Assembly (NCBI GenBank): GCA_963765205.1
Contig: CAVXVB010000009.1
Span: 320,001 to 384,000, forward strand
Reading direction: 5' to 3'
Length of the DNA: 64,000 nt
Source: an uncultured Verrucomicrobiae bacterium
Lineage (GTDB): Bacteria > Verrucomicrobiota > Verrucomicrobiia > Opitutales > JABDGR01
The position numbers were made by a program, and so were the translations under genes. Within the stretch, counting starts at the first letter, position 1, and every line of letters starts with the position of its first letter. Positions 20,927 through 33,233 of the stretch are shown here, one piece after another. The notes under the pieces were generated by a model. That model worked only from the letters and a program-made list of their open reading frames with translations, did not search any database and had not been told where the DNA came from.

Positions 20927-21840
20927 TTAACAAGGTTTATCAGATCAACATGAGCGCGGCGGCGTTTGCGGCCGCGCCTGCGTTTGACTTGTCCCAATGG
21001 GCGACTGCCACGCAGCCTGAACAGGTTGCGGCGGCTTATCGCTATTTCGCGCAGGAACCCACTTTTCTGGTCCCGGGCGAGGCGGCCGGCCGCACCACCG
21101 CCGGGGGCCGGGAGGTCACCAGCCTGGGTCGGGTGGAAAGAATGTCCACCCTCATGAATATGCCCGTGGACAATATGCAGGGTGGCAGCGTCGGCAAAGT
21201 GCAAGCCTTGGTGCTGGATGTGCCGAACGGGCGCATCGTCAATGTTTATATCAATGCCCAAAACTTCGGGGCGCCGCTTAAATTCTCAACCGTGATTCCG
21301 CCGACGATGCTGAGTTTCAAGCCCAACGGCCAGGGGCTGTTGCTGGATGTCACCAAAGCGGCGTATGAAACGGAGCCGAATGTCATCTTCCAATATGGCG
21401 CTGCCGGACAAGTGATCTCCAGCCGCGAACAAAACGCCAGCAGTTCGCCCACCAACGTGGCCCTCGTGCAAGGCACCAGCTTCCGTGACATTGGCATCAC
21501 GCAGAAGATAGACGCGGCGATTCAAGCAGGTCACCTTGACACGTGGGGAGTGGAAGTAGCCACGTTGAACGGGCGGGTTACGCTGCGCGGAACCGTCAAC
21601 AACCAGGGCACCAAGGACAGCATTGGGGCGCAGGCCATTGCCGTGGCCAGCCTGGATAATGTGGACAACCAAATCGTGGTGCCGGGCGCCGCCCCGGCTT
21701 CCCGCTAAAACGGAACTGCGGGCGGTCTCCCCGCCTTGCGCCAAATCGGTTTGCCCACGGGCCTCCGTCAACCCGGAGGCCCGTGGGGGCAAACCAGGGC
21801 CAATGAACCAGCTTAATCCCACCCCCAAATCCATCCTCCC

Positions 21841-22056
21841 ATGAATAAAATCCTGGCCCTCGTCCTCCTCGCCGGAGGCATCGCGCTCATCATCTTGGGC
21901 ATCAGCGCCTCGCAGTCGCTGGGCTCTGATTTCTCTCGGTTCTTTACCGGGGCGCCGACGGAAAAATCCATCTGGCTGCTGATCGGCGGCTTCATGACCG
22001 CCGTCCTTGGCGCGGTTGGGTTGTTGATCCCGTCGAAATCAAATTCGTCCAACTAA
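21841..22056 (+). CDS. DUF3185-family small membrane protein
   Basis: GIALIILG...SDFSRFFTGAPTEKSIWLLIGG. Confidence 0.85.
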   Translation: MNKILALVLLAGGIALIILGISASQSLGSDFSRFFTGAPTEKSIWLLIGGFMTAVLGAVGLLIPSKSNSSN

Positions 22057-22082
22057 CTTCCAATCCTTAACCTTCCACGTCC

Positions 22083-22247
22083 ATGTTAAGATACGCCATC
22101 ATCTTCCTCATCATCGCCCTGATTGCCGGCCTGCTTGGCTTCGGGGGCATCGCCGGCACCGCCGCCCTGTTCGCGCGGGTGCTCTTCCTCGTGTTTCTCG
22201 TGTTGTTCGTCGTTTCGCTCCTCCTGGGGCGACGGCCGCGTGGTTGA
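22083..22247 (+). CDS. DUF1328 (YtjA-like) small membrane protein, not in ORF track
   Basis: [54 protein letters not shown]. Confidence 0.9.
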   Translation: MLRYAIIFLIIALIAGLLGFGGIAGTAALFARVLFLVFLVLFVVSLLLGRRPRG

Positions 22248-22302
22248 ATCGGAAATTCTGCCCGGCCCAGCCAATTGGCTATCCGGCCGCATCTTAAACC
22301 TT

Positions 22303-23412
22303 ATGAAATATCCTATAAAATGGCCGCGCCCCATCCTTGCCGGTGGGCTAATCGCCTTGGGTCTGATGTTGCCGGCTTGCGCGCTGGTGAACCCGGCGCC
22401 CATTTCCGCCGCGGCTTATGGTCCGGCCATCGTATGGTATGACGTTACGCTAATTCAAATCACCAACCCCCAGGGTGAACGCCTCGGCCGGGTTGATGAC
22501 CTTGTGCTCGATTTGTCCAACGGCCGCGTGGTCGAGATGCTGGTGAAGTCCGGCCAAACCCTCGGTTTTGGCGGCAAGCTGATCGCCGTGCCGCCGCTGG
22601 CCTTGCTGCCGGATTTTCCGAAACAAAGATTCATCATTAACATGAGTCCCGCGGCCTTCCTGGCCGCCCCGGCCTTTAACTCCTCCCAGTGGGCGGCCTC
22701 CACCCAGCCGGATCGCGTGGCCGCCACTTACCGCTATTTCGGCGTGGAACCCCATTTTTTGCTGGCTGGCGAAACTCCTGGCCGCACCACGGCCGCCGGG
22801 AGGGTGGTGACGAACCTCGGCATCCTGGAAAAAATGAGTGATCTCATCAACATGCCGGTCGTGAATTTGCAGGGCGTCTGGCTGGGCCGCTTGGGCTCCT
22901 TGACGCTGGACGTGCCGGCCGGGCGCATCGTCAGCGCCTTTATCCGCTCCCATGTCTCCGACCGGCCGGAGCTTCCCAACCAATACCTCGCCGTCGTTCC
23001 ACCCATGCTGCTCAGTTTCAACGCCAAGCACGACGGGCTGGTGTTGGATGTTTCAAAAATAGTCCTCCGAGAGGAGCCCCGGGTCGTCTTCCAGGATAGT
23101 GTCGGTGGGCAGGCTCGTTCCTATCGCGAGCAAAACGCCAGCGGCCCGCCCACCACCGCCGACCTCGCGCAAGGCGCCAGCTTTCGCGATGTTCGCATCA
23201 CCGCGCAGATCTATCAAGCGATTCAAGACGCCAAACTCGACCCCGACGAGACGGTGCAGGCCGGCACGCTGGACGGCCGGGTTACCCTGCGCGGGTCCGT
23301 CCGCGACCAGGAAACCCAAAACCGCATTGGCACCATCGCGGTTGCGCTGGTCCGGGTGGAAAACGTGGACAATCAAATCGTGGTCGAGGGCGCGCCCCCC
23401 TCGGCGCCCTGA
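22303..23412 (+). CDS. PRC-barrel x2 + BON domain lipoprotein
   Basis: LPAC lipobox; NPQGERLGRVDDLVLD; NLQGVWLGRL; DGRVTLRGSV...NVDNQIVV. Confidence 0.85.
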   Translation: MKYPIKWPRPILAGGLIALGLMLPACALVNPAPISAAAYGPAIVWYDVTLIQITNPQGERLGRVDDLVLDLSNGRVVEMLVKSGQTLGFGGKLIAVPPLALLPDFPKQRFIINMSPAAFLAAPAFNSSQWAASTQPDRVAATYRYFGVEPHFLLAGETPGRTTAAGRVVTNLGILEKMSDLINMPVVNLQGVWLGRLGSLTLDVPAGRIVSAFIRSHVSDRPELPNQYLAVVPPMLLSFNAKHDGLVLDVSKIVLREEPRVVFQDSVGGQARSYREQNASGPPTTADLAQGASFRDVRITAQIYQAIQDAKLDPDETVQAGTLDGRVTLRGSVRDQETQNRIGTIAVALVRVENVDNQIVVEGAPPSAP

Positions 23413-23540
23413 AGCGGCTTAATCTCATCCCCGGCCCGATCGCCCACACATGAAATCCGGCCCGTCATCATCCTCGCCGGGGGCATCGCGCTTGAACCGA
23501 ATAGCAGACACCCGGACCACCAATCCCCTGCCCGATATGA

Positions 23541-23607
23541 TAGGGATAATCCCTAGTGAAGTATCGCCCCGGCTCCAATTTACGAATGGCGATGAATCGC
23601 GTATAGT
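23541..23607 (+). promoter_or_regulatory. 15-bp box + sigma70-like promoter (site D)
   Basis: Perfect palindrome TAGGGATAATCCCTA-23nt-TTTACG-17nt-TATAGT. Confidence 0.8.
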
Positions 23608-23682
23608 TCGACTTTAGCCAATGAGCGGGGCCACCCGCGCCCCTTCAGTCCATTTTTCAACCCATCCAGCCGACTCATCATC

Positions 23683-24373
23683 ATGCACACCATCAGTCCT
23701 CCTCCGTCTTTGCAAGGTTCGCACCTGCGCACCTATGAAAAGATTTTCCAACACCCCGTCTCGCACAATCTGCCGTGGCGCGAACGTCCTCGCCCTTTTC
23801 ACCCATCTCGGCGAAGTCGTGGTGGAACACAATGGCAACTTGAAAGTGACCCGCCGAGGGCACGTCCTGATCCTGCCCTCGCCGCGCACGAAGGACGTCA
23901 CCACCACCGAGGAACTGATGAAATTGCGCCATTTTCTCGGGCAGTCGGAAACGGCGCGGCCCGCGGCCAACCCGCCGGCGGCCCATTTGCTGGTGGTGAT
24001 TGACCATCATGCGGCCCGCTTGTTCCGCGCGGAATTGCGCGGCGCGGTGCCCGAGCTGATCCTGCCTTACGAAGCGGACGGTCATTTGCGCCAGGCCCAC
24101 CCCGCCCGGGACTTCTTCAGCGGCAAGGAAAAGGCCGCCCCCGGCGCCTTTTTCGAGCCGGTGGCCCGGGCGCTGAAAGGCGCCGAAAAAATTCTGATCT
24201 TTGGCACGGGCACGGGCGCCAGCAGTGAAATGGCACAATTCACCGCCTGGTTGAAAAAACATCACGCGGACTTGGCCGGCCGCATCCTCGGCACCCGGGT
24301 CGTGGATGAACATCATCTGACCGAGGCCCAGCTCCTCGCGCGCGCCCGGGAGGTTTATGGAAGCGTCCGTTAA
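23683..24373 (+). CDS. HicA-like N-terminal domain fused to eRF1/baeRF-like domain; +1 frameshift near 23783
   Basis: HLRTYEKIFQHPVSHNLPWR(D)VLALF...; VVIDHHAARLF...FFEPVARALKGAEKILIFGTGTG...LTEAQLLARARE. Confidence 0.6.
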
Positions 24374-24411
24374 GGGTTTCAACTTCATCGGGTCGGCGCT
24401 GGGGCGCCTGG

Positions 24412-24912
24412 CTAGGTATGGGCGGAGGTGGCGGGCGCGGCGGTGCTCATCGAGCTGATTTGTTGGTCAATCCATTGGCCGGAATCTTTCAAGGCCTGCG
24501 CCGTGGCGTCATAAGCCTTTTGGGAGCCGTTTTTAATTTCCGTCCAGGTGGATTCCGTGGCGCCCTTCGCTTTGTCCAACTGCGCCCCCCAGTCGGCGGC
24601 TTGGGCCCGCAGGGCGTCAAGTTTGGGTTGCGCCTCGGCCTTGACCGTGTCGCTGGCTTTGTCAATTTTTGCGGAGAGCTGGGCCAATTCCTGGTTCAGT
24701 TCGTCCTGTTCGACCTGCATTTTGGCGATGAACGCTTCTTTTTGCGCGTAAGTGTAGTCTTGCAGGTCTTGCGCCGCCTGCTTGGTGTCCTGTTTGGCCT
24801 GGTCGAGTTGCTGGTCGGTGGTGGCGTCGGCGCTGGTGGCGGACTTGCCGCAGGCGGCTAAGGCAGCCGCGAGGATGAGCACAAAAGTGGGAATAAGTTT
24901 CGGTAATTTCAT
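24412..24912 (-). CDS. Coiled-coil stress-type lipoprotein
   Basis: LAAC lipobox; helical body with ATESTWTEIKNG. Confidence 0.75.
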   Translation of the reverse strand: MKLPKLIPTFVLILAAALAACGKSATSADATTDQQLDQAKQDTKQAAQDLQDYTYAQKEAFIAKMQVEQDELNQELAQLSAKIDKASDTVKAEAQPKLDALRAQAADWGAQLDKAKGATESTWTEIKNGSQKAYDATAQALKDSGQWIDQQISSMSTAAPATSAHT

Positions 24913-25061
24913 GGTGGGAAAATTATACTCCGTCGGCGGCGTTTTTCCATCAGGTAAAACCCTACCGGCCTTGTCGCCTGATTGGTCTTGCCCTGCCGGG
25001 AAAAATACCGGAGAAACGGGGGCCGGTTGGGGGCCGCGCCGCCTCTTTTCCTTGTTTATAA

Positions 25062-27308
<2,247 letters not shown>

Positions 27309-27613
27309 TTTTTGACCTGGCCTCGGGACGGATCGTAAGCCATTCCTCTCCTCACTCCCATCATTCCTATTGGCACGCTCGACCTCATCCTGACCACCGC
27401 CGGGCCGCCCAGCAAAGACCCCGGCGACAGCTTCCACGGGATGGCCTTCGTCGTGGTTCATCAGGACGGCACGGGCGTTTGCTGGGACGGCAGCACGAAC
27501 TTCACGGCCGCCGGCTGGCTCGGAGGCAACTCCGCGCCCCTCTTCGTCGACCAGGCCGGCGCCGCCAAGTTCGTCGCCTATTTTAAGCAGCATCGGGATT
27601 GGGCGCTTGCGCA

Positions 27614-28504
27614 TCAGTGACTAGGCGTGGGCGCAATAGTGGGAGCCTGATTTTCTTGAGGAATGTTATCTTGATCGTGAATTTTCTTTACCCTATCTGC
27701 CGCGTCGATTTTAGCTTTTTGCTCTGATTCTTCGACAGAATAACCTTGCGCAAGATAGTTAAGAGCAAGTGCTTCTTCAAGATCGTCTTCGGCCAACTTT
27801 TGTTGCGTTTGGGCATCGAGCAGATTTTGTTTCGCGACTTCAAGTTGCTTTGCGCTTCGCCCCATGTCATTGGCCGTCGAGATCGCAGAATTAATATCAG
27901 CCCTTTCTTCTGCATGATTGGCGAGCATCACTGCCTTGCCCTGAGCAAAGAGGTGTTCGAGCATTTCGGTGTAGGCTTGGCTTTTGCCGATTTCCTTGGC
28001 GACGCCCTTTTGATGCGCCACTTCGAATTCAGCTTCGTTCTGGGTTTCATCGTCCATCATGCGTTGATGGATTTCCGAAAGGTTCCTGGTTCTCTTTGTT
28101 TCATCAGTATCCGTCTGTTCAAATTTAATGTCATCGAGCCAATGGTTTTTCCACCATTCCGAGTTGGCGTCATCAGGCAAATAGAGAAGTTGAAAATCCT
28201 GCTGTGCCTGATTGCGATCGTCGGCGATCTGGGCTAGGGCTGCCAGTTCACGCTTATGCAAAATGTTCAAAATCGCAGCGACGATCAAAAGTGCGGCCAA
28301 GCCGAAAAGAAACAGCAATCGAAATTTTTGTTGCGGCGAAGAAGTGGGAATCGTTTCTGTGCGATCAATTGATTCCGGCACGTGTGACGGTTCTGGTGGG
28401 GAGTAAGGCGGGGCATCCCCCACAAAATTGTCCCCATGCATTTCCCGGTAACTTTGCCGATCCTCGGCATCGAGCCGATTGAATTCTTCGCGGGTCAATT
28501 TCAT
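27614..28504 (-). CDS. Hypothetical single-TM coiled-coil protein (lower GC)
   Basis: 296-aa ORF with one hydrophobic segment. Confidence 0.6.
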   Translation of the reverse strand: MKLTREEFNRLDAEDRQSYREMHGDNFVGDAPPYSPPEPSHVPESIDRTETIPTSSPQQKFRLLFLFGLAALLIVAAILNILHKRELAALAQIADDRNQAQQDFQLLYLPDDANSEWWKNHWLDDIKFEQTDTDETKRTRNLSEIHQRMMDDETQNEAEFEVAHQKGVAKEIGKSQAYTEMLEHLFAQGKAVMLANHAEERADINSAISTANDMGRSAKQLEVAKQNLLDAQTQQKLAEDDLEEALALNYLAQGYSVEESEQKAKIDAADRVKKIHDQDNIPQENQAPTIAPTPSH

Positions 28505-28553
28505 CGGGTGGGGAAGGGTATAATTTTGGGAGCAAATGAAGACTTGGGCCCGG

Positions 28554-28907
28554 TCACTTTTTTGCGCGGGGCGCTCGGGTGCGTGGGTATTTGTGGTCGC
28601 CCCGCGCAGCAGTAGTAAAATCTCGGCCCACCTGGATCACCGGCCCTTTCACATCCTCGGCGACGGCGAGATGTTGGTGGCGCGCCACGCGGCCACTGTA
28701 GGAATGCAAAACATCTCGCCAGTCACCGGGGAAGAGGGCCGTACCGCGCCGCTCAAAATCATCGAGAAGGGATTTCGTGCGAAATTTGATCGCGCCGCTG
28801 CGGCTCATCCCGAGGCGCTTCGCTATGCGGTCAAGCTGGGGCCCAGTCTCGTCCGTAACACGAAGAAGTGGCATCCGGAAGGCGGCCATAAGAATATCGT
28901 ATGACAA
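28554..28907 (-). CDS. Putative ribbon-helix-helix/CopG-type regulator
   Basis: LLRVTDETGPQLDRIAKRLGMSRSGAIKF. Confidence 0.5.
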   Translation of the reverse strand: MSYDILMAAFRMPLLRVTDETGPQLDRIAKRLGMSRSGAIKFRTKSLLDDFERRGTALFPGDWRDVLHSYSGRVARHQHLAVAEDVKGPVIQVGRDFTTAARGDHKYPRTRAPRAKK

Positions 28908-28968
28908 CCGGACAGTGAGGCAATCACTTTTTTAATAAGTCGGTAGTGGGTCAGTTTGAAATTGGTCC

Positions 28969-29184
28969 GCAGCCTGAGAGGCTGCCGGAGCCAAGCCCAG
29001 GGTTGCGCGAAGCGAAACCCTGGGTATGCGATTTGTGAAAAGGCGCCGCCCTGTCAGGGCGGAGGAAAACCACGCTCCTGCGCTCTTTCAGAGCGCAAAT
29101 GATTTCCACCCCACGCTTCCCAGGGTTGCTCCCGCGAGGCGGGATCTGCCCTGGGCTGGATTCCTTCGCCCCGTTGGGGCGAAA
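28969..29184. repeat. REP-like nested palindromic element
   Basis: CAGCCTGAGAGGCTG, CCCAGGGTT..AACCCTGGG, CGCCCTGTCAGGGCG, GCGCTCTTTCAGAGCGC, TTCGCCCCGTTGGGGCGAA. Confidence 0.8.
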
Positions 29185-29350
29185 GCCAAAATTCCCAAAC
29201 TCAAACGGACCCACTATCAAAAAGTCCCATGACAATGTATAGTTTTGATTTGCGTTGTGATGGTCTTCCAGCCGGCTTTGCAACAATTGATGTTGTATCT
29301 AAGATTGACGAGGATTTTCATCAAAAATCAAAAAACCGGCGGCGGCGCGG

Positions 29351-29530
29351 GTGGCCTCCGCCGGGGCGTCAAATCAACCCCCAATTGATTTTCCGCCGCC
29401 CCAGGAAGTGGCCGGTCGGGCCTGTTTGATTTATTTGCGGGAGGGATCGCGGCACGGCCATGACCTCGAGCACTGGCTGAATGCGGAATTGGAACTGCTC
29501 TCGGAACGCAACCGCACCCGAGTGATCATA
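29351..29530 (+). pseudogene. DUF2934-like remnant
   Basis: PPQEVAGRACLIYLREGSRHGHDLEHWLNAELEL resembles 50594-50851. Confidence 0.55.
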
Positions 29531-29787
29531 AATTGCTTTTGGAAGTTGCCGGCTGATTACAAACCGCTTTTTGGGGTGGCCGGGGTCGGGCGGTCGGGGT
29601 TAAACACTTTGTGCTTTTTATCCGGTCCTGCTTGCCGCATTCCGTGCGTCACTTGGGGCCCTTCGCTCCCGCCCCTGGCTGCGGACGTGTCTTAATGCCC
29701 TAAAACGAGGCCCCCTTCACTGGCCATCGGTTGGATTGCGGGTGCCCCGCCAACCGCAATGCCGAGGTCCCTGGCCCGCCTCGTCTG

Positions 29788-30102
29788 CTAAATCCGTTCC
29801 GGCGTGAACCCGTGTTCCCGCGCCCATGCGCTCGCGCACAGTAGGCGTTTCAACCGCCGCCGCCAAATGGGGATGCAGACCACATGAATGGAGATTAAAA
29901 TGCCCGCCAGCGCCATGAAGATGGAATTGTGGTGGTAAACCAACCCATACGACACGGGCCCAGCGAAAGTGGCAGCCGTCCACAGGCCATAGAGTCCCCC
30001 TTGGCACTGCAACGTGGACCGCTCGGCGCCATTGAGGTGTGCGCTAACCTCGCGCATTGCGGGCGACTGGAGCTGCCACCAACGTCTTGAGTTTTTGCTC
30101 AT
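29788..30102 (-). CDS. Small hypothetical membrane protein
   Basis: Two hydrophobic segments followed by WRRRLKRLL. Confidence 0.45.
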   Translation of the reverse strand: MSKNSRRWWQLQSPAMREVSAHLNGAERSTLQCQGGLYGLWTAATFAGPVSYGLVYHHNSIFMALAGILISIHVVCIPIWRRRLKRLLCASAWAREHGFTPERI

Positions 30103-30471
30103 GGGTGAATATCTCACAGGAACCATTGATGACTTTTTCGGCTTGGTGGGCAAGCACGAAATTAGGGCGGCCGGTGACGATGGCCCTTGCCTTGAAAAAT
30201 ATCGAGTAGGCAAAAAAAAAGCCCTGCATCAGTGCAAACTGCTGATTACAAACCGCTTTTTCGGGGTGGCCGGGTTTTGGCTGCGGTCCGCCAGACCGCT
30301 AAACCGACGGCCAGCAGACCCACCCCGCCGGCCCTTTTCCTTGTTTCATATCGAGTAATAACTGTTCTCACTGTGATTGGTGCCGCCAAACTGAAATGAT
30401 AGTAAATTGCTTTTTTAGGGTTGACGAGGACGGGAGGAGGGCGCGAAATAGCACCCTAAACAATTCCACGT

Positions 30472-31398
30472 ATGGATTCAACCCAATCCGAACCAATTGT
30501 CTGGCGCATTCAATTAAAACCCGGGAACCGGAACCAGGGTGTCAATGTCGCCGCATTCTGTGCAGCAAATAGAATCATTGGGATAGGCTGGGGAATTGAC
30601 GAACCAATCGCGGATTGGGAGGATTATTTCAAAAAATACATGGTCCATAATCCAGCTGTGGCAATTGGAACGCCAGGGCACACTCGTTGGCGCACCAACA
30701 CTCACCGGTTAATCGTGCAGATGCGCGAAAATGACCTTGTGTGGTTTAGGGACATGCTAGCTCCTGCATATTATCTGGGTCGAATCATAGGCCCTTGGAT
30801 TTGTCGCAATGATCTTGAGGCAAAACGGTTCGACATACGATTAGTGCGTCCAGTAGAAGTCGTACCGGTTGGTGTTGATGTGCCCGGAAAAGTGTTAGCC
30901 GCATTTAGAGCGGCACGAACTATACAAAAGGTGGCCGACGAATCAGTTCGCGAGTTATCTAAGCTCATTTTTAACGAACGGTGTGGCCGTAAAGTTTACT
31001 CATTATCGCACATGGAAGTGGACATTTTTCAGCTATTGGATGACCGAGAAACGGAAGATTTAGTTGCCATTTACCTTCAGTTCGAGCGTGGGTACATCTT
31101 TAGCCCAACGTCCCGCTATCAGGATAATCCCACATTTGAGTTCTTTGTCGTTAAACGTGACTCGAAAGAATGGGCTGGAGTTCAAGTAAAGACTGGAAAT
31201 ATCCGTCTCAAGCCCGCCGCTTACAAACGTGAAAAACTCAAAGTTTTTCTCTTTAGTCCCGCTGGGTACGATGGCGAACCGTCGTGTGGTGTTGAATGCC
31301 TTGAGGCCAATGTTCTGCGCCGATTCTTGTATGACAACGCGGAATTATTCGCACCTACCTTACGTGATCGAATTGCTGTAGTACAACGCCGTGCTTAA
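30472..31398 (+). CDS. Putative Mrr-like PD-(D/E)xK restriction endonuclease
   Basis: Low GC; IGIGW N-domain; ETEDLVAIYLQ...FEF...AGVQVKTG. Confidence 0.6.
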   Translation: MDSTQSEPIVWRIQLKPGNRNQGVNVAAFCAANRIIGIGWGIDEPIADWEDYFKKYMVHNPAVAIGTPGHTRWRTNTHRLIVQMRENDLVWFRDMLAPAYYLGRIIGPWICRNDLEAKRFDIRLVRPVEVVPVGVDVPGKVLAAFRAARTIQKVADESVRELSKLIFNERCGRKVYSLSHMEVDIFQLLDDRETEDLVAIYLQFERGYIFSPTSRYQDNPTFEFFVVKRDSKEWAGVQVKTGNIRLKPAAYKREKLKVFLFSPAGYDGEPSCGVECLEANVLRRFLYDNAELFAPTLRDRIAVVQRRA

Positions 31399-32151
31399 AA
31401 TATTGTCTTTCAGTTTCTGCTTTCTAAAGTAAATTGCGCAGTTTAACAACAATTCCCCTGATAAACATTCTCATCAGTTATGTTGGCGCGAAGATATATC
31501 GAGGGTTTTTTAAGGATGGATATCTTAAATATATGTCGGAATATTTAAATGAAGACACATGGAAAGAATCTTTTGAAACGTATTATTAAACATGGCCCCA
31601 CCAGAATCCGAGTCGTGGACTGGAATTTTAACCGTTGCCCCTTGGTTCGACTAATTGGTCCAGAAGGTGTGAAGGTTGTCCGGCAGCGACGAGTCGCCAT
31701 CGAAACGAGGAGCAGGCCATCTGCTTCCGATTGGGCGGGTGGTGTCCAAGCGGGGGCCGGGCATTCATCCATCTCGCGCATTTCCGGCTGGGACCTCAGG
31801 CCGCGCGGCCCGAGCGCTACCGCCGCTACGGAGCGCCTCATTCCTGGGCGAGCAAGCTTGCGAGTCCGCCTTATCTGCCTCTGGCCCGAAATATGTAACC
31901 CGTCGTTGTAACCTGGTGCCTAAAAATGGGCTGATTTTGGCGGACTGGTGCGGAGTCAAATCGAAGGCAGGATTTCCACAAGTGCCTCTATTTCATATTC
32001 AAGCGCGCCACAGCGGACTCATGCCACTTCTAGCAAATTGTATCATTTGTAATTAAAAGACTTGTGGTCTGTCTTTCGCTCTCCGGATAATTTCAGGAAG
32101 GTCAACAGCAAGTGCTTCCGACATTCGTAATAGGGTATCGCTTCCCCCCCG

Positions 32152-33141
32152 CTATCCTGCGGCCGACGGCGCCGCCCGCCCCGCCGGACTTTTCTTCCGC
32201 TTCTTCCGCCCGGCCATGGCCCCAAAGGCCAGCAGACCCACCCCGAGGACCCAAACCATCGTGGCCGGTTCCGGCACGTTCACGATTGTCGGCGCGAAGG
32301 CCAAATAGGATTGACTGCTGAGGCCTCCACCGATGTCGCTGGCAAAGGTGCTCACGTTGCCCCCGGGCGTCACTGCGTCAATGTTGCGCGTGCCCGCATC
32401 CTCGACGAACAAGTTCCCGTTGCTGTTAAACGTCAGGCCTTGCGGGGAACTAAGACCCGTGAGAAAGGTGCTCACGTTGCCGTCGGGCGACATTTCGAGG
32501 ATGTTTCCACTGCCCGTGCTCGTAACGAACAAGGTGTCCGTGCTGTTAATGGCCAGGCCGGTGGCAAAACCGACATAGGGGCCCAGGACGCTCGCGACCC
32601 CCCCGGGTGTCACCTCATTGATGCCCCCGCCTCCACCCGCGTCAAACACGTAGCCGGTGCTGTTAATCGCCAGCCCATTCGGGAATCCGCTCAAACCGCC
32701 AGTGGTAATCATATTGCTCACGATACCCGTGGGCGTCACTTCGGAAATAGTAAATCCTGCGCCTTGAGTCGCGACGAACAAGGTGCCGGTGCTGTTAAAC
32801 GCCAGGCCGCCCAGGCCACCACTGTTAACACTGGTGAAGGTGCTCACGACGCCCCCGGGCGTCACTTCGTCAATCGTCCCATTGCCCGAATTCGCGACGA
32901 ACACCGTCCCCGTGCTGTTCACCGCCAGGCCCGTCGGCGAATCGAACCCGGAGCCGAAGGTGTTCACGACGCCCCCCGGCGAGATCGCGTCCACCACGTT
33001 GCCGATGGAATTCGATACGTAGAGGATTTGCTGCCCCCACGCCCGCCCCGGCAAAAACGCCATCCCGCCGATCGCCAGGCCCAAAAGCGCCCGGCCAATC
33101 GAACCACCCCTGTTGCAGAATCCGTGTGATTTGGTTTTCAT
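32152..33141 (-). CDS. PEP-CTERM protein with NHL-like beta-propeller repeats
   Basis: P.GLA.NS.G.LFV repeats; VPEPAT-TM-RKKRKK. Confidence 0.9.
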   Translation of the reverse strand: MKTKSHGFCNRGGSIGRALLGLAIGGMAFLPGRAWGQQILYVSNSIGNVVDAISPGGVVNTFGSGFDSPTGLAVNSTGTVFVANSGNGTIDEVTPGGVVSTFTSVNSGGLGGLAFNSTGTLFVATQGAGFTISEVTPTGIVSNMITTGGLSGFPNGLAINSTGYVFDAGGGGGINEVTPGGVASVLGPYVGFATGLAINSTDTLFVTSTGSGNILEMSPDGNVSTFLTGLSSPQGLTFNSNGNLFVEDAGTRNIDAVTPGGNVSTFASDIGGGLSSQSYLAFAPTIVNVPEPATMVWVLGVGLLAFGAMAGRKKRKKSPAGRAAPSAAG

Positions 33142-33233
33142 AGATGAAGAAAATTAAAGCAGTGAAAAATTGACGTGCAATGATCTTGATTTTAGAAAAT
33201 GCGGGAGAACTTGAAACATGACCTGGGTCTGAT

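Larger units (their letters stand above)
19397..21708 (+). pseudogene. Exported PRC-barrel x2 + BON protein interrupted by IS5
   Basis: Removing the IS and one TTAA restores LIPDEV-NKVYQINMS in frame; colinear with paralog 22303-23412. Confidence 0.9.

Noticed and set aside
29552..30274. tRNA-Thr-type att sites (TTTGTAATCAGC on minus strand) or integron attC
   Set aside because: Better explained as duplicated 3' ends of PEP-CTERM genes; no attC box structure or integrase
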